A stretch of 64,000 nucleotides of DNA from an uncultured Woeseiaceae bacterium. Lineage in GTDB: Bacteria > Acidobacteriota > Vicinamibacteria > Vicinamibacterales > UBA823. Under the pieces are notes generated by a model. It was not told the origin of the DNA. It saw nothing but the letters and a program-made list of their open reading frames with translations, and ran no database searches. The stretch's first letter is position 1. Each line of letters opens with the position of its first letter. The stretch spans positions 2,185 to 66,184 of the forward strand of contig CAZMUA010000002.1 in assembly GCA_964569695.1 (NCBI GenBank), written 5' to 3'. The position numbers and the translations under genes are program-made. Of the stretch, positions 1 through 11,402 are shown piece by piece.

Positions 1-326
1 TCGATGCTCGAGATAATGACATTGTCTCCAGCTCGCCAATCGAGTCCATTAGCCACGAGCGATAAACCTTGAGTCGTATTTGGAACGAAGGCAATTTCCG
101 ATGCCCTCACACCCAGCAATCTAGCGATTCGAGGCTTGATAACTTCATCAGCGTGTTGGCACCAATTTGAATAGTTGAGACGACCATTTTCTTGAACATC
201 TTTCATAAAGGTATTTACCGCACTGGTGACATCAGTCGAGCAAGCCCCAATGGATGCATTATTTAGATAAATACAGTTGTCCTTGATTGGGAATGTCTTT
301 TGAATCTCCCGGATATGTCGGGGCAT
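1..326 (-). CDS. Class V aminotransferase-fold PLP enzyme (cysteine desulfurase / isopenicillin-N epimerase-like). Only the N-terminal ~108 aa are visible; the gene continues past the left edge.
   Basis: My own translation of the minus strand from the ATG at 326-324 gives MPRHIREIQKTFPIKDNCIYLNNASIGACSTDV...RIARLLGVRASEIAFVPNTTQGLSLVANGLDWRAGDNVIISS. The YLNNAS and NTTxGL motifs are typical of class V aminotransferases. It starts 12 nt after the dctM stop on the same strand. It is not in the ORF track because it is truncated. Confidence 0.5.
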   Translation of the reverse strand, partial: MPRHIREIQKTFPIKDNCIYLNNASIGACSTDVTSAVNTFMKDVQENGRLNYSNWCQHADEVIKPRIARLLGVRASEIAFVPNTTQGLSLVANGLDWRAGDNVIISSI

Positions 327-338
327 AGGTGAAGTTTC

Positions 339-1619
339 TTAATTGTTTAACGCGGTGGTTGGCAGCCAGAGAGAGAGGGAAGGAATTAGAGCCACTAGCA
401 GTGTTGCAATTAAGAGAACTAGATAAAATGGCCACAAAGCTTTCACTAAGGTGCCCATGCGGATATTGGTAGTGGCCATGACGGTGTACAGCACTAGTCC
501 CACGGGTGGAGTTAGAGATCCAATCATAATCGTAAGGACGACCACCACGCCAAGATGAATTGGATCAATGTTGTACTGGGCAGCTAGTACAAGAAAAGTT
601 GGCACTGTGATCAATTGTGCAGGGATGCCCTCCAAGAACATGCCAATTGTGAGCATCGTGACAATGATGAATATCATTACAGTTGTTTGACTGTCAGCAA
701 ATCCTGAAACAAACACCAAGATTAAGTCTGGGACATCTTTTACAACCACAATCCATCCAAAAATCATACTAACGGCGATAATGAAAAGAGTTGCTGAAGT
801 TGTACGTGCTGTATCTCGAATTGCGCATGCCAAATCGGTCGCTGTAAATCTCGCATCGGTCGAACCGATGAGCAGGACATAAAATACGACAACCACACCA
901 GCCTCAGTCGGAGTAAAAATTCCGAATAAAATACCACCGACGAGAATTATGGGCGCTAGTAGAGGCCAAATGGCACGACGAATGGCATGGTGTGTTTCAG
1001 TCATAGTGGCCCGTGGCATTGAAGGAGCAGTGGAACCACTCCGACAGAGGACCATGATGATTGTCATTAATAGTGCTGCCATCAAAAGACCAGGTATAAG
1101 TCCTGCTAGAAAAAGTGCCGCGACGGATTCTTGAGCAATGAAAGCGTAGATCACCATGGCAATTGATGGAGGTACAACGGGACCAATGGTGGCTGAAGCG
1201 GCTGTGACGGCAGCGCTAAACGCCGGAGGGTAGCCCGCTTCGTTCATAGCCTTGATTTCTACGGCGCCAAGTCCTCCAGCATCTGCGATTGAGGATCCAG
1301 ACATTCCAGCAAAAATAAGGGAAGAAAGCACATTCACATGACCGAGACCACCTGAAATATGGCGAACGAGCACATTGGCCAGACCAAAAATGCGTTCCGT
1401 TACTCCAAGGGTATTCATTAAATTCCCAGCCAAGATAAACAATGGAATTGCGAGTAGAGGGAAGGAGTCGACGCCACTGGCAATCTTCTGTGACAGATTA
1501 AGAATCGGTAACTCATCGGTCCAGAGGCTCACCAAGGAAGTTAGGATCATGGCATAGGCAATCGGAAATCTCATGAATAGGAGCGCGACAAAGAGAACAC
1601 ATAGCCAAAGAAGATCCAC
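339..1619 (-). CDS. dctM: TRAP transporter large permease subunit (DctM family)
   Basis: 426-aa polytopic membrane protein with DctM-like sequence throughout. It directly follows the small-permease and binding-protein genes, and its start overlaps the dctQ stop at 1619. Confidence 0.85.
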   Translation of the reverse strand: MDLLWLCVLFVALLFMRFPIAYAMILTSLVSLWTDELPILNLSQKIASGVDSFPLLAIPLFILAGNLMNTLGVTERIFGLANVLVRHISGGLGHVNVLSSLIFAGMSGSSIADAGGLGAVEIKAMNEAGYPPAFSAAVTAASATIGPVVPPSIAMVIYAFIAQESVAALFLAGLIPGLLMAALLMTIIMVLCRSGSTAPSMPRATMTETHHAIRRAIWPLLAPIILVGGILFGIFTPTEAGVVVVFYVLLIGSTDARFTATDLACAIRDTARTTSATLFIIAVSMIFGWIVVVKDVPDLILVFVSGFADSQTTVMIFIIVTMLTIGMFLEGIPAQLITVPTFLVLAAQYNIDPIHLGVVVVLTIMIGSLTPPVGLVLYTVMATTNIRMGTLVKALWPFYLVLLIATLLVALIPSLSLWLPTTALNN

Positions 1620-2134
1620 TACACGATTCTCCTATTGGCTGGCGTTGCGTCATTTCGAAGTAGAAACAGTATCGCCTCGATATTGAACATCACTGTTGCC
1701 AGGCAGCTAATCAACAGTGGTAGGAAATGCAATGTAAACTTTGAGTATCCCAACGTGCCATAAGTAACCCGCTGCATTACGGATTGGGTTTCAAAGATTT
1801 GCACGATGATCAGGCACAAAATGAACGTGATGGTGACCTCTACTGTAATAGCGAGATAGCGAGATACTTGTTCTGAGAAGAGATCTGAAAGACAGTCCAC
1901 CGTTATGTGGCCTCTTTCGCGATAGAGTGCTGCCGCTCCAATGAATGTCAACCAAACCAACGAAGTTTGAGCCAATTCGTCAGTGTGTTCGAGTGGCACT
2001 TGAAGGAGATATCGAAAACACACTTGCGCGCCAAGTGACAAGACGATTAATACCAACGTCAGAAACGCAAGGTAACGCAAGCCGGTTGCAATGATCTGAC
2101 AGATGGAGGAGTAGCTTTCAAGGTGCTTGTTCAT
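1619..2134 (-). CDS. dctQ: TRAP transporter small permease subunit (DctQ family)
   Basis: About 170-aa protein with 4 TM segments, located between dctP and dctM. I trimmed the start to the ATG at 2134 (MNKHLES...) because the longer ORF would overlap dctP. Confidence 0.7.
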   Translation of the reverse strand: MNKHLESYSSICQIIATGLRYLAFLTLVLIVLSLGAQVCFRYLLQVPLEHTDELAQTSLVWLTFIGAAALYRERGHITVDCLSDLFSEQVSRYLAITVEVTITFILCLIIVQIFETQSVMQRVTYGTLGYSKFTLHFLPLLISCLATVMFNIEAILFLLRNDATPANRRIV

Positions 2135-2162
2135 TGTCTCTAGAATAATCAATAGAAAAGAT

Positions 2163-3200
2163 TCATTGAAGAGTCTGAATGCGGTCAAACCAGCCTAAGG
2201 GGATTAAGCCATCAGCCTCCATGCGTGTTACCTGTTGATTTACCATCTGTAAAAATTCATTTTTAGCTTGCGGAGGCAGCATTTGGAACTGTCCACCCTC
2301 TTGTTCGATTTGATTACGGTCGAGTGTAAACCGTTGAGTGACGAGCTCTGTATGTTTGTTACCCGCTTCAAAGGCGGATTTAGAGATGACGGCTTGGTCG
2401 ATTGAATTCAAAGAGCGAAAGGCTTTTTCGGAAACGTAGACTGACACCTGCGGATACATAAGTTCTGCATCTGTTATGAAGGGGGCGACTTCATGCAGTC
2501 GCATAGGATAAATATCGTCGCCCGAAGCTTCCGTCATTTCAACAAGATTCTGACTAAGTGCGAGATATTGTTCCGAAAAGGAAACCTTTACTGGTACCGC
2601 GCCTAAATTCTTCCAGTTAGCAAGAAACATCGGCAAGTTGGGAGCCCGTGCCCGTGCCCCCATTAGCGTTTTCGGGCCTTGGATAAAATGATCTCGATGT
2701 AGTAAATAGCGGGGTTCGCGAAACCAATTCATCGCAAGCACTCTAATACTAAATTCATCGATAAGACGTTGGTTCAGCTCTTTCATCATGCTCGATGCGA
2801 GGAACGCGTTGAAGTGCTGTCGATTTCGAAAAATGAATGCGAGATCGATTACGCCATAAGTGGGAAGAAGAATCGACGGGGCCGATCCAGAACCGACATA
2901 CACCTGCTGGGTTCCGAGGGCTAGCGCCTCAATTTGCTGCTGTCCGTTGCCGAGTGTCGAGCTGTCGTAGTGGCGGATGCGAACACGGCCTTCGGTTTCT
3001 TTCTCTACCAAATGGGAGAAATAGATGGCGGCTTGGGTGGTGGGCGAGTCGCCTGGTGTCAAGGAACCTGCGATCCACTCGTGGTTTGTCGTGATATTGT
3101 CTGCGCGAGAACAAAATGAACAAGCTGCGACGAGACTCGCAACAAGAAAAACTCTTATGAAACGACAATCACGCAAATGAATGAAAGGCTTTTCGAGCAT
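2163..3200 (-). CDS. dctP: TRAP transporter periplasmic substrate-binding protein (DctP family)
   Basis: 345 aa with an N-terminal signal peptide and DctP-like length and sequence. It is the first gene of the dctPQM set. Confidence 0.8.
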   Translation of the reverse strand: MLEKPFIHLRDCRFIRVFLVASLVAACSFCSRADNITTNHEWIAGSLTPGDSPTTQAAIYFSHLVEKETEGRVRIRHYDSSTLGNGQQQIEALALGTQQVYVGSGSAPSILLPTYGVIDLAFIFRNRQHFNAFLASSMMKELNQRLIDEFSIRVLAMNWFREPRYLLHRDHFIQGPKTLMGARARAPNLPMFLANWKNLGAVPVKVSFSEQYLALSQNLVEMTEASGDDIYPMRLHEVAPFITDAELMYPQVSVYVSEKAFRSLNSIDQAVISKSAFEAGNKHTELVTQRFTLDRNQIEQEGGQFQMLPPQAKNEFLQMVNQQVTRMEADGLIPLGWFDRIQTLQ

Positions 3201-3359
3201 GCGAAACTATTCCATAAAGGTTGCTTAAATGCCAACCAATTACTCCGAGTGGTGATAGTCATCTTTGTTACTACACTATAATTCTAAATATGGATTAGGT
3301 TGCGTGCTGACTGAGTCCAACATTTGCATGTAGTTCGGTATGTTGCAGCTTTTATCGTG

Positions 3360-4730
3360 ATGCCAATGATTAAACATTCACTGTGGACTTCTAGATGGAC
3401 GTTTCTGTTCGCAACGGCTGGCGCTGCTGTTGGACTCGGTAATGTCTGGCGATTTTCATTTTTAACAGGACAAAATGGCGGAGCGGCCTTCGTTTTAGTT
3501 TATCTCGCCTTCGTTTTCGTTATTGGGGTGCCGATTATAATGGCGGAACTTGCGATAGGACGAATGGGGCAACTCAGTCCAGTTGGTTCGATCAAAGCCA
3601 TTATTCAACTACAGAACGGGAGTCATTTCTGGCAGGCGATTGGTAAGCTTAGTTTGGTTGTTCCATTCATTGGTTTTACTTTCTATAGCGTGGTCACAGG
3701 CTGGACTCTCTATTATGCAGGTCAGGCAATCACAAACGCGTTCAAGGGTGTTAATTCAGCCGAGGCGCAGTCATTATTTGAAGCATTAACTTTGTCACCG
3801 ATGGTGACGATCATTCTCCAAGGAGTAGCTGTAGTAGCTACTGCGGTGATCGTTGGAAAGGGCCTTCGTCAGGGCATTGAACGTACGACGAAAATTATGG
3901 TGCCCGGGTTAGGTGTCATTCTGTTGTTGATGGTTGTCTATAATATGTTTGCAGCTGATATGAGTAGTGCTATTGAGTTTTTGTTTAGTCCTAACTTTTC
4001 TGAATTAAACGGAACCTCCATTTTGCTAGCGCTCGGGCAGGCCTTTTTTTCAGTTGGTGTCGGAGTGGGGTTCATGATGACCTACGGAGCTTACCTTCCA
4101 AAGGATATTTCTATACCGAAGGCGGCTTTTGTCATCGGATCGGTAGATACAGGAGTAGCATTACTCGCTGGCCTTGCAATATTTCCTATCGTCTTCGCAA
4201 CCGGTTTGGATCCATCGGAAGGGCCCGGATTGGTGTTTGTCACTATGCCGGTCGCCTTTAGTGCGATGCCTTTCGGCTACATACTTGGCGTGACATTTTT
4301 TTTGCTTCTATTTGTAGCGGCATACACGACCACGATTGGGATGCTAGAACCCGTTGTTGCCTACCTCGAAGAACGATGGAACAGAGGACGACTCGCCTTA
4401 GCGATCTGGGCTGGGTTGGTTATATGGTTGATTGGTATCCTGCCAGGATTGTCTGACAATGTCCTAGCTGATGTCAGACCAATGGCATTCATTGCAGGCC
4501 TGGCGGATAAATCTATTTTCGAGACGTTTGACTTTGTGACCGCTTCCGTGTTGATTCCCATTAACGCATTTTTGATCGCGTTATTTGCGGGTTGGGTTGT
4601 TTCGATGGAAAAATTTAAGAGTGAGCTTGATTTCCGTTCCGATGCACTGTTCAAGGTCTGGATAGTCTTAATGCGTTATATGGTGCCTATTGCCGTGCTG
4701 ATTATCACGGTCTCTGGTTTGCTGGGGTAA
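3360..4730 (+). CDS. Sodium-dependent transporter, neurotransmitter:sodium symporter (NSS/SNF) family
   Basis: Carries the NSS signature GAAVGLGNVWRFSFLTGQNGGAAF near the N-terminus and about 11-12 TM segments. The track start at 3324 is TTG; I trimmed it to the ATG at 3360 (MPMIKH). Confidence 0.85.
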   Translation: MPMIKHSLWTSRWTFLFATAGAAVGLGNVWRFSFLTGQNGGAAFVLVYLAFVFVIGVPIIMAELAIGRMGQLSPVGSIKAIIQLQNGSHFWQAIGKLSLVVPFIGFTFYSVVTGWTLYYAGQAITNAFKGVNSAEAQSLFEALTLSPMVTIILQGVAVVATAVIVGKGLRQGIERTTKIMVPGLGVILLLMVVYNMFAADMSSAIEFLFSPNFSELNGTSILLALGQAFFSVGVGVGFMMTYGAYLPKDISIPKAAFVIGSVDTGVALLAGLAIFPIVFATGLDPSEGPGLVFVTMPVAFSAMPFGYILGVTFFLLLFVAAYTTTIGMLEPVVAYLEERWNRGRLALAIWAGLVIWLIGILPGLSDNVLADVRPMAFIAGLADKSIFETFDFVTASVLIPINAFLIALFAGWVVSMEKFKSELDFRSDALFKVWIVLMRYMVPIAVLIITVSGLLG

Positions 4731-4748
4731 TGCATAGTAGCAATTCTT

Positions 4749-6605
4749 CTAGTTGTCCTGGTTGGATATTGGCTCTCGCTTCGGTCGTTGGTTAGCCGCA
4801 AGTATTTTCTTTCGTAAGCGAATATTGGCCGGTGTAATCTCGACAAGCTCATCGTTATTGATGAACTCAATCGCCTGCTCCAGGTTTAAAAGTCTTGGAG
4901 GTATTAGTTTGATGGCTTCGTCAGCTGTCGATGCTCTCATATTTGTCTGTTTCTTTTCTTTTGTAACGTTGACGTCCATATCAGACGATCGGGAATTTTC
5001 TCCAATGATCATCCCTTGATAAACATTTGTGCCTGGAGCAATAAGAATCATTCCACGTTCCTGTAAATTTGATAACGCGAAAGCTGTTGATCGGCCGGGC
5101 CTGTCAGCTACGAGGACGCCAGTCGGTCGATCCTCGATTGGTCCATGCCATGGCTCCCAGCCACTAAAGAGGTGGTTAAGTATACCAGCGCCTCGTGTGT
5201 CAGTCAGAAACTGCGAACGAAAGCCAATCAAACCACGAGTAGGAATACGAAATTCGAGCCGGACTCTTCCGTTTCCTTGCTTCACGCTTTCCATCATATT
5301 TCCTCGGCGGCTGCTTAATTGAGCAATTACCACGCCTTGGCATTCGTCTGGAATGTCTACAATGAGTTCTTCGACTGGCTCTACAGTTTGTTCATCGAGT
5401 TGCCGTGTCACAACCTTAGGGCGAGAGACTTGCAGTTCGTAGCCTTCTCTTCGCATCATTTCAATGAGAATAGCAAGCTGAAGCTCACCTCGTCCGATGA
5501 GCTCCAATTGATCTGAAGCGTCAGTCTCGTTAACGCGTATTGAAACATTTCCAATCAATTCACGTTTCAAGCGATCGCGTAAATTACGTGAAGTAACGTA
5601 TTGCCCATCGAGTCCAGCCATGGGCGAGGTGTTGACACCAATAATGATAGATACGGTTGGCTCATCTATTTCAATGGATGGAACTATTTCCTGACATTCT
5701 GGATCGGAGATGGTTTCACCAATGGTGATGTTTTCTATGCCTGCTAGGCAAACTATATCTCCTGCTGATGCATTATTAACTTCGGTACGTTTTAGACCAT
5801 CAAAGACATAAAGTTTGGTTACCCGTGTAGACTCAATTTGGCCGTTAAGTTTACGCACAGCAACGTTGTCTCCAAGTTTCACATTTCCGTTCACGATTCG
5901 ACCAATTGCGATCCGACCTAAGTAGTCGCTTGAGTCGAGGTTGGCAACTAGTATCTGAAGTGGGGCTTCAGGATCGCCTGTTGGAGGTGGTACGTGAGTT
6001 AAAACTGCTTGAAAAAGAGGTTCTAAGTTTTTACCTGCTCGGCTTGTTTCATCGGTCGCAGTGCCAAGTTTGGCGTTGGTATAGAGCACGGGAAATTCCA
6101 GCTGCTCTTCAGTAGCATCAAGCTCAATAAATAGATCGTAGATCTCGTTTAATACTTCGCTCGGTCTAGCGTCCTGTCGATCAATCTTGTTGATAACAAC
6201 GATCGGTGAAAGATTACGAGCTAACGCTTTTTGCAATACAAATCGTGTTTGCGGGAGCGGTCCTTCTGATGCATCGACCAAGAGAAGTACGCCATCTACC
6301 ATTACCAGCGTTCGTTCGACTTCGCCCCCAAAGTCGGCATGACCTGGTGTATCTACGATGTTTATGACGACATCGTGATATTGGACAGATGTGTTCTTAG
6401 CCATGATCGTTATGCCGCGCTCACGCTCAAGGTCGATGTTGTCGAGCGCGCGTTCAGCTACCCGTTCGTTTAAACGCAATACGCCACCTTGATGGAGCAA
6501 TGCATCCACAAGCGTGGTCTTGCCGTGATCAACGTGAGCAATGATCGCGATGTTCCGTCGCAAGGGGTTTGCCGTATTAGGCGTGGAACGAACTGGTATA
6601 GACAT
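4749..6605 (-). CDS. typA: Translational GTPase TypA/BipA
   Basis: G motifs [20 protein letters not shown] and NKIDR are present. The 618-aa length and EF-G-like domain order match BipA. Confidence 0.95.
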   Translation of the reverse strand: MSIPVRSTPNTANPLRRNIAIIAHVDHGKTTLVDALLHQGGVLRLNERVAERALDNIDLERERGITIMAKNTSVQYHDVVINIVDTPGHADFGGEVERTLVMVDGVLLLVDASEGPLPQTRFVLQKALARNLSPIVVINKIDRQDARPSEVLNEIYDLFIELDATEEQLEFPVLYTNAKLGTATDETSRAGKNLEPLFQAVLTHVPPPTGDPEAPLQILVANLDSSDYLGRIAIGRIVNGNVKLGDNVAVRKLNGQIESTRVTKLYVFDGLKRTEVNNASAGDIVCLAGIENITIGETISDPECQEIVPSIEIDEPTVSIIIGVNTSPMAGLDGQYVTSRNLRDRLKRELIGNVSIRVNETDASDQLELIGRGELQLAILIEMMRREGYELQVSRPKVVTRQLDEQTVEPVEELIVDIPDECQGVVIAQLSSRRGNMMESVKQGNGRVRLEFRIPTRGLIGFRSQFLTDTRGAGILNHLFSGWEPWHGPIEDRPTGVLVADRPGRSTAFALSNLQERGMILIAPGTNVYQGMIIGENSRSSDMDVNVTKEKKQTNMRASTADEAIKLIPPRLLNLEQAIEFINNDELVEITPANIRLRKKILAANQRPKREPISNQDN

Positions 6606-6753
6606 CTAGGCAGTATAACGTCTCTTGTTGGGGTAACGCGACGACGTCATTGCAGAACTGAGACATAAGATGGGATGTAGTTATCCTAAGAATCAATTCC
6701 TCAACAATTATTAGTTGCAATTCTTATCAGGCAGTCCAGGGAAGTAATAGCCG

Positions 6754-8004
6754 CTAAAACTTATGATTACGCGTCGCTTGACCGGCGCAAATCACTTCAA
6801 CACAGGGATTTGCTCCCATCCAGTAGCACAATTCAGCTGGTTCTTGGATATCCCAAATGGCAAGGTCGGCTTGGTGTCCTACTTCGAGCATGCCGATTTG
6901 TTTGGAAAGACCAAGCGCACGTGCGGCGTGCCGTGTCACACCCAGTAAGGCTTCCTCGATTGTGAGGCGGAATAGGGTGCAGGCCATATTTAACATAAGT
7001 AGCAAGGACGTGGCTGGAGAGGAACCGGGATTACAGTCGGTCGCAATTGCCATTGGTACCCCATGCGAACGAAAGCCCTCAATAGGGGGCAGTTTCGTTG
7101 AATTAGTGAAGTACCAAGCTCCCGGCAGTAGTACAGCGGTTGTTCCAGAAGACGCCATCGCGGCTATACCTTCTTCCTCAGCGTGTTCAAGATGATCAGC
7201 GGATAAGGCGCCAAAACGTGCCGCTAGTGCGGCGCCCCCCAGATCAGAAAGTTGATCAGCATGTAATTTAATAGGTAGACCGCTCTTTTGCGCTGTTTCA
7301 AAGACGCGTTCTACTTGGTTCGGTGTGAACGCAATGCCTTCGCAAAATGCGTCGACAGCATCAGCGAGTTCCAAGTCGACCACTTGCGGCAACATCTCAC
7401 TGCAGATAATGTCGATATAGTCATCGGGTCGTGAAGTGAACTCTCGCGGCACGGCGTGTGCTCCTAAGAAACTTAATTGAATGGTTCCAGGAAAGTCTTC
7501 TTCAAGTTTGCGGCCAACTTGGAGCATTTTGAGTTCAGTGGCGGTATCTAGTCCATAACCAGACTTTATTTCCACAGTAGTAATGCCTTCTGTATGAAGT
7601 CTTGCGAGTCGTGAGCTTGCAGCAGCCTGTAAAACCGAGGCTGCTGTCTTCCTGGTGGCCGCAACTGTACTGACAATGCCGCCGCCGGCTCGAGCAATAG
7701 ACTCATAACTCTCACCCTGGAGACGACGTTGATACTCATTAGACCGCTGTCCACCGAATATCAAGTGGGTATGGCAATCGATTAGTCCAGGAGTAATCCA
7801 GTGATTTTTTACATCAGTGAAAGTATGCGCCAGATGACTGTGTGGACTCGGCAAGTCATCCATTGAGCCAATCCATGCGATGCGTCCATTGTTTGCCGCG
7901 ATTGCTGCATTTTGAATTAGTCCAAGAGAAGGTGCGAGTGTTGCCATTGTGGCGAGGTTGGCATTGACCCATAAATGTTCCCATTGTGGCATGAATAATT
8001 TCAC
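6754..8004 (-). CDS. hutI: Imidazolonepropionase
   Basis: Amidohydrolase-fold metal motif DCHTHLIFGG. It is HutI-like over its full 416 aa and sits divergently from hutU-hutH. Confidence 0.9.
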   Translation of the reverse strand: MKLFMPQWEHLWVNANLATMATLAPSLGLIQNAAIAANNGRIAWIGSMDDLPSPHSHLAHTFTDVKNHWITPGLIDCHTHLIFGGQRSNEYQRRLQGESYESIARAGGGIVSTVAATRKTAASVLQAAASSRLARLHTEGITTVEIKSGYGLDTATELKMLQVGRKLEEDFPGTIQLSFLGAHAVPREFTSRPDDYIDIICSEMLPQVVDLELADAVDAFCEGIAFTPNQVERVFETAQKSGLPIKLHADQLSDLGGAALAARFGALSADHLEHAEEEGIAAMASSGTTAVLLPGAWYFTNSTKLPPIEGFRSHGVPMAIATDCNPGSSPATSLLLMLNMACTLFRLTIEEALLGVTRHAARALGLSKQIGMLEVGHQADLAIWDIQEPAELCYWMGANPCVEVICAGQATRNHKF

Positions 8005-8160
8005 CTATTTCCGACGAGTGAAGATCGGAGAGTTAAGCTAACATGTATGCATAGGTTTGTATATGGATACGATGCAGAGGCTACTCCTCTATACGGCACT
8101 ACTGCCATATGGATAGGAATGTGATTACATCTCATTGTGTACGAAAGGACGAGTTGTAGG

Positions 8161-9840
8161 ATGACGCAGACCAGTTCAACAACACGGGCCGAACGCCCGG
8201 CAATCACAGCTCCCCGTGGTAATAAGCTGAGCGCTCAGACTTGGCAGACGGAAGCTCCATTGCGGATGATCATGAATAACCTTGATCCGGAAGTCGCCGA
8301 ACGACCAGAGGATTTGGTCGTATACGGTGGTATCGGTCGTGCGGCACGCAACTGGCCTTGTTTCGAACGAATTGTAAGTACGCTGCGTTCGCTTCAGGCG
8401 GACGAAACCTTATTGGTCCAGTCGGGAAAACCTGTTGGGGTATTTCGTACCCATTCTGATGCACCACGGGTGTTGATCGCTAATTCAAACCTGGTTCCTC
8501 ACTGGGCAACTTGGTCGCATTTTAACGAGCTAGATCGGCAAGGACTAATGATGTTCGGCCAGATGACTGCGGGCTCTTGGATTTATATTGGCAGCCAAGG
8601 GATTATTCAGGGAACCTATGAAACATTTGCTGAAGTTGGACGACAACACTTCGGTGGTGACCTCCAAGGGAAGTGGATACTCACGGCTGGTTTAGGGGGC
8701 ATGGGGGCGGCTCAACCGCTTGCAGCGACCATGGCTGGGGCCTCAATGTTAGCAATAGAATGTCGACCCGATCGCATCGACCGACGGCTTGCGACGGGGT
8801 ATTTAGATCGGCGCATCGATGATGTAGATGAAGCGTTATCGGTTATTCAAGAAGCGTGCATTCAACGAAAGCCCTTGTCAGTTGGTGTCCTCGGTAATGC
8901 TGCGGAAATAATTCCGGCCCTTGTGGCTCGGCAAGTGCGGCCCGATGTGGTGACTGATCAAACTTCAGCACACGATCCCATAAATGGATATCTACCAATA
9001 GGCTGGAGTCTTGATGACTGGGATAGTCGACGAGCCGATGACCCTGAAGGAGTTAAAGAAGCAGCTATAAAGTCGATGGTAAAACACGTCGAAGCGATGT
9101 TGAAGTTTTCTGATTTAGGTATACCAACGTTTGATTACGGAAATAATATTCGTCAGATGGCGCTTGAGGGGGGACTGGAACGCGCATTCGACTTTCCAGG
9201 GTTCGTCCCCGCCTATATTCGACCGCTTTTTTGCCGCGGTGTTGGACCATTTCGTTGGGTCGCACTTTCTGGGGACCCTGATGATATTTACAAGACCGAC
9301 GACTGTGTCAAACGTGTCATCCCTGATGATGCCCATCTTCACCATTGGTTAGACATGGCAAGGGAGAAAATTCAATTTCAGGGATTGCCATCCAGAATTT
9401 GTTGGGTTGGCCTTGGGCAGCGACATCGACTCGGTCTAGCATTTAATGAGATGGTAGCCCGAGGTGAATTAAGTGCTCCTGTCGTGATTGGTCGTGACCA
9501 TCTCGATAGTGGCTCAGTCGCAAGTCCGAATAGAGAAACAGAATCAATGAAAGATGGTTCTGATGCGGTGTCCGACTGGCCGTTCTTAAATGCGATGTTG
9601 AATACCGCTAGTGGAGCGACATGGGTATCACTTCATCATGGTGGTGGTGTAGGCATGGGCTATTCTCAGCACGCTGGCTTAGTGATAGTTTGCGATGGGA
9701 CACCAGAAGCAGCCCGCCGGGTCGAACGAGTGCTGTGGAATGATCCTGCTTCTGGGGTTATGCGCCATGCCGATGCTGGTTATGAGGATGCCATTGCTTG
9801 CGCAGAAGAACATCAATTACATTTACCAATGTTAAGGTAA
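8161..9840 (+). CDS. hutU: Urocanate hydratase
   Basis: Urocanase-like along its length, including the NAD-site-like [17 protein letters not shown]. The track start at 8137 is GTG; the ATG at 8161 is preceded by aaaggacgag. Confidence 0.95.
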   Translation: MTQTSSTTRAERPAITAPRGNKLSAQTWQTEAPLRMIMNNLDPEVAERPEDLVVYGGIGRAARNWPCFERIVSTLRSLQADETLLVQSGKPVGVFRTHSDAPRVLIANSNLVPHWATWSHFNELDRQGLMMFGQMTAGSWIYIGSQGIIQGTYETFAEVGRQHFGGDLQGKWILTAGLGGMGAAQPLAATMAGASMLAIECRPDRIDRRLATGYLDRRIDDVDEALSVIQEACIQRKPLSVGVLGNAAEIIPALVARQVRPDVVTDQTSAHDPINGYLPIGWSLDDWDSRRADDPEGVKEAAIKSMVKHVEAMLKFSDLGIPTFDYGNNIRQMALEGGLERAFDFPGFVPAYIRPLFCRGVGPFRWVALSGDPDDIYKTDDCVKRVIPDDAHLHHWLDMAREKIQFQGLPSRICWVGLGQRHRLGLAFNEMVARGELSAPVVIGRDHLDSGSVASPNRETESMKDGSDAVSDWPFLNAMLNTASGATWVSLHHGGGVGMGYSQHAGLVIVCDGTPEAARRVERVLWNDPASGVMRHADAGYEDAIACAEEHQLHLPMLR

Positions 9841-9842
9841 GG

Positions 9843-11402
9843 GTGTCCGTGTCAACAATAAATACAATTCATATTGATACCCCAGGCACAATAGTCGGTT
9901 TGTCCGAATTGCGGTTGGCTTATCTTGGGCCTACTAGCATTACGATTGGCTCTTCAGCGAAAGAAGCGATCGAAAAATCGCAGCAAGTAGTTGAGCAGGT
10001 TGTACGAGATGAGCGTGTGATTTACGGTATTAATACCGGTTTTGGCCAACTAGCGCAAACAGTGGTTCCGGCAAACCGGTTACTCGATTTACAGAAACAC
10101 CTTGTCCATTCACATTCGGCTGGCGTTGGTGAACCCTTGGATGATGCGGTTGTCAGACTAACACTAGTACTAAAAGTGGCTAGTTTGGCACGTGGTCGTT
10201 CTGGTGTTCGAACGGCGATCGTCGACGCACTCAGTCGTCTCCTTGAGCGAGAAATCTATCCGCTGATCCCATCCAAGGGTTCGGTTGGTGCCTCTGGAGA
10301 TCTTGCACCCCTAGCGCATCTTGCTGGCGTGTTAATCGGAGAGGGCCAGGTGCGGATTCAGGGTGAGGTCGTCTCAGCTAGTGAAGGATTACGCGTAGCT
10401 GAGCTTGCTACCCTGGAACTTGGACCTAAAGAGGGGCTGGCGCTGCTTAATGGCACTCAGGTTTCAACAGCCCTCGCACTTGGAGGACTGTTTGAGGCCG
10501 AAGATCTCCTGCAGGCAGCTGTGGTAGCTGGTGCGATGGCAGTTGAGGCGAGCACGAGCAGCCATATCCCTTTCGACGAACGAATTCATCATGCGAGAGG
10601 ACAACGTGGACAGGCGATCATCGCTGCTGCATTTCGTAGATTTCTTGCAGGAAGTGAAATCAATGAATCGCAGGAGAAGTCTGGACGTGTGCAGGATCCC
10701 TATTCAGTTCGATGTCAACCACAGGTGTTAGGAGCCTGCCTCGATTTAATGCGGTCGTCTGCTGAGATGCTTGAGATCGAGGCCAATGCCGCGACCGATA
10801 ATCCACTTATATTTGCGGAAAGTGGTGACATTCTATCCGGTGGAAATTTTCATGCCGAGCCAGTCGGCATGGCTGCTGACGTGCTCGCCTTGGCTATTGC
10901 AGAGATTGGATCATTGTCTGAACGTCGAATTGCATTCATGGTTGACTCCAAAATGAGTGGCTTGCCTCCTTTCTTGACGGAGCATAGTGGAGTTAATTCT
11001 GGGTTCATGATCGGCCATGTCACAGCGGCCGCACTCGCATCTGAGAACAAGTCGCTGGCGCATCCAGCGTCTATTGACAGCCTTCCAACATCGGCAAATC
11101 AGGAAGATCACGTTAGCATGGCCACATTCGCGGGTCGCCGCCTACTGACGATGGCCGACAATACGGCAGGGATACTCGGAGTCGAACTTCTGGCAGCTGC
11201 GCAAGGTCTTGAGTTTCATCATCCGCTAATTTCCTCAAAACCTGTTATGAATGTGCTTCGTGAGATTCGCTCTGAGGTCTCATCATACCGGGATGACCAC
11301 GCCCTTTCCGATGACATTGCCATTATGAAGAGATTTATTCGGTCTGGGCGTTATGGCAAGGATCTCAAGGACTGCGGTATTCCGAGTGCTCCACGTTCCT
11401 GA
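9843..11402 (+). CDS. hutH: Histidine ammonia-lyase
   Basis: The MIO-forming triad lies in GSVGASGDLAPLAH, and the protein is HAL-like throughout. The likely start is the GTG at 9843, just after the hutU stop at 9838-9840. Confidence 0.95.
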   Translation: MSVSTINTIHIDTPGTIVGLSELRLAYLGPTSITIGSSAKEAIEKSQQVVEQVVRDERVIYGINTGFGQLAQTVVPANRLLDLQKHLVHSHSAGVGEPLDDAVVRLTLVLKVASLARGRSGVRTAIVDALSRLLEREIYPLIPSKGSVGASGDLAPLAHLAGVLIGEGQVRIQGEVVSASEGLRVAELATLELGPKEGLALLNGTQVSTALALGGLFEAEDLLQAAVVAGAMAVEASTSSHIPFDERIHHARGQRGQAIIAAAFRRFLAGSEINESQEKSGRVQDPYSVRCQPQVLGACLDLMRSSAEMLEIEANAATDNPLIFAESGDILSGGNFHAEPVGMAADVLALAIAEIGSLSERRIAFMVDSKMSGLPPFLTEHSGVNSGFMIGHVTAAALASENKSLAHPASIDSLPTSANQEDHVSMATFAGRRLLTMADNTAGILGVELLAAAQGLEFHHPLISSKPVMNVLREIRSEVSSYRDDHALSDDIAIMKRFIRSGRYGKDLKDCGIPSAPRS

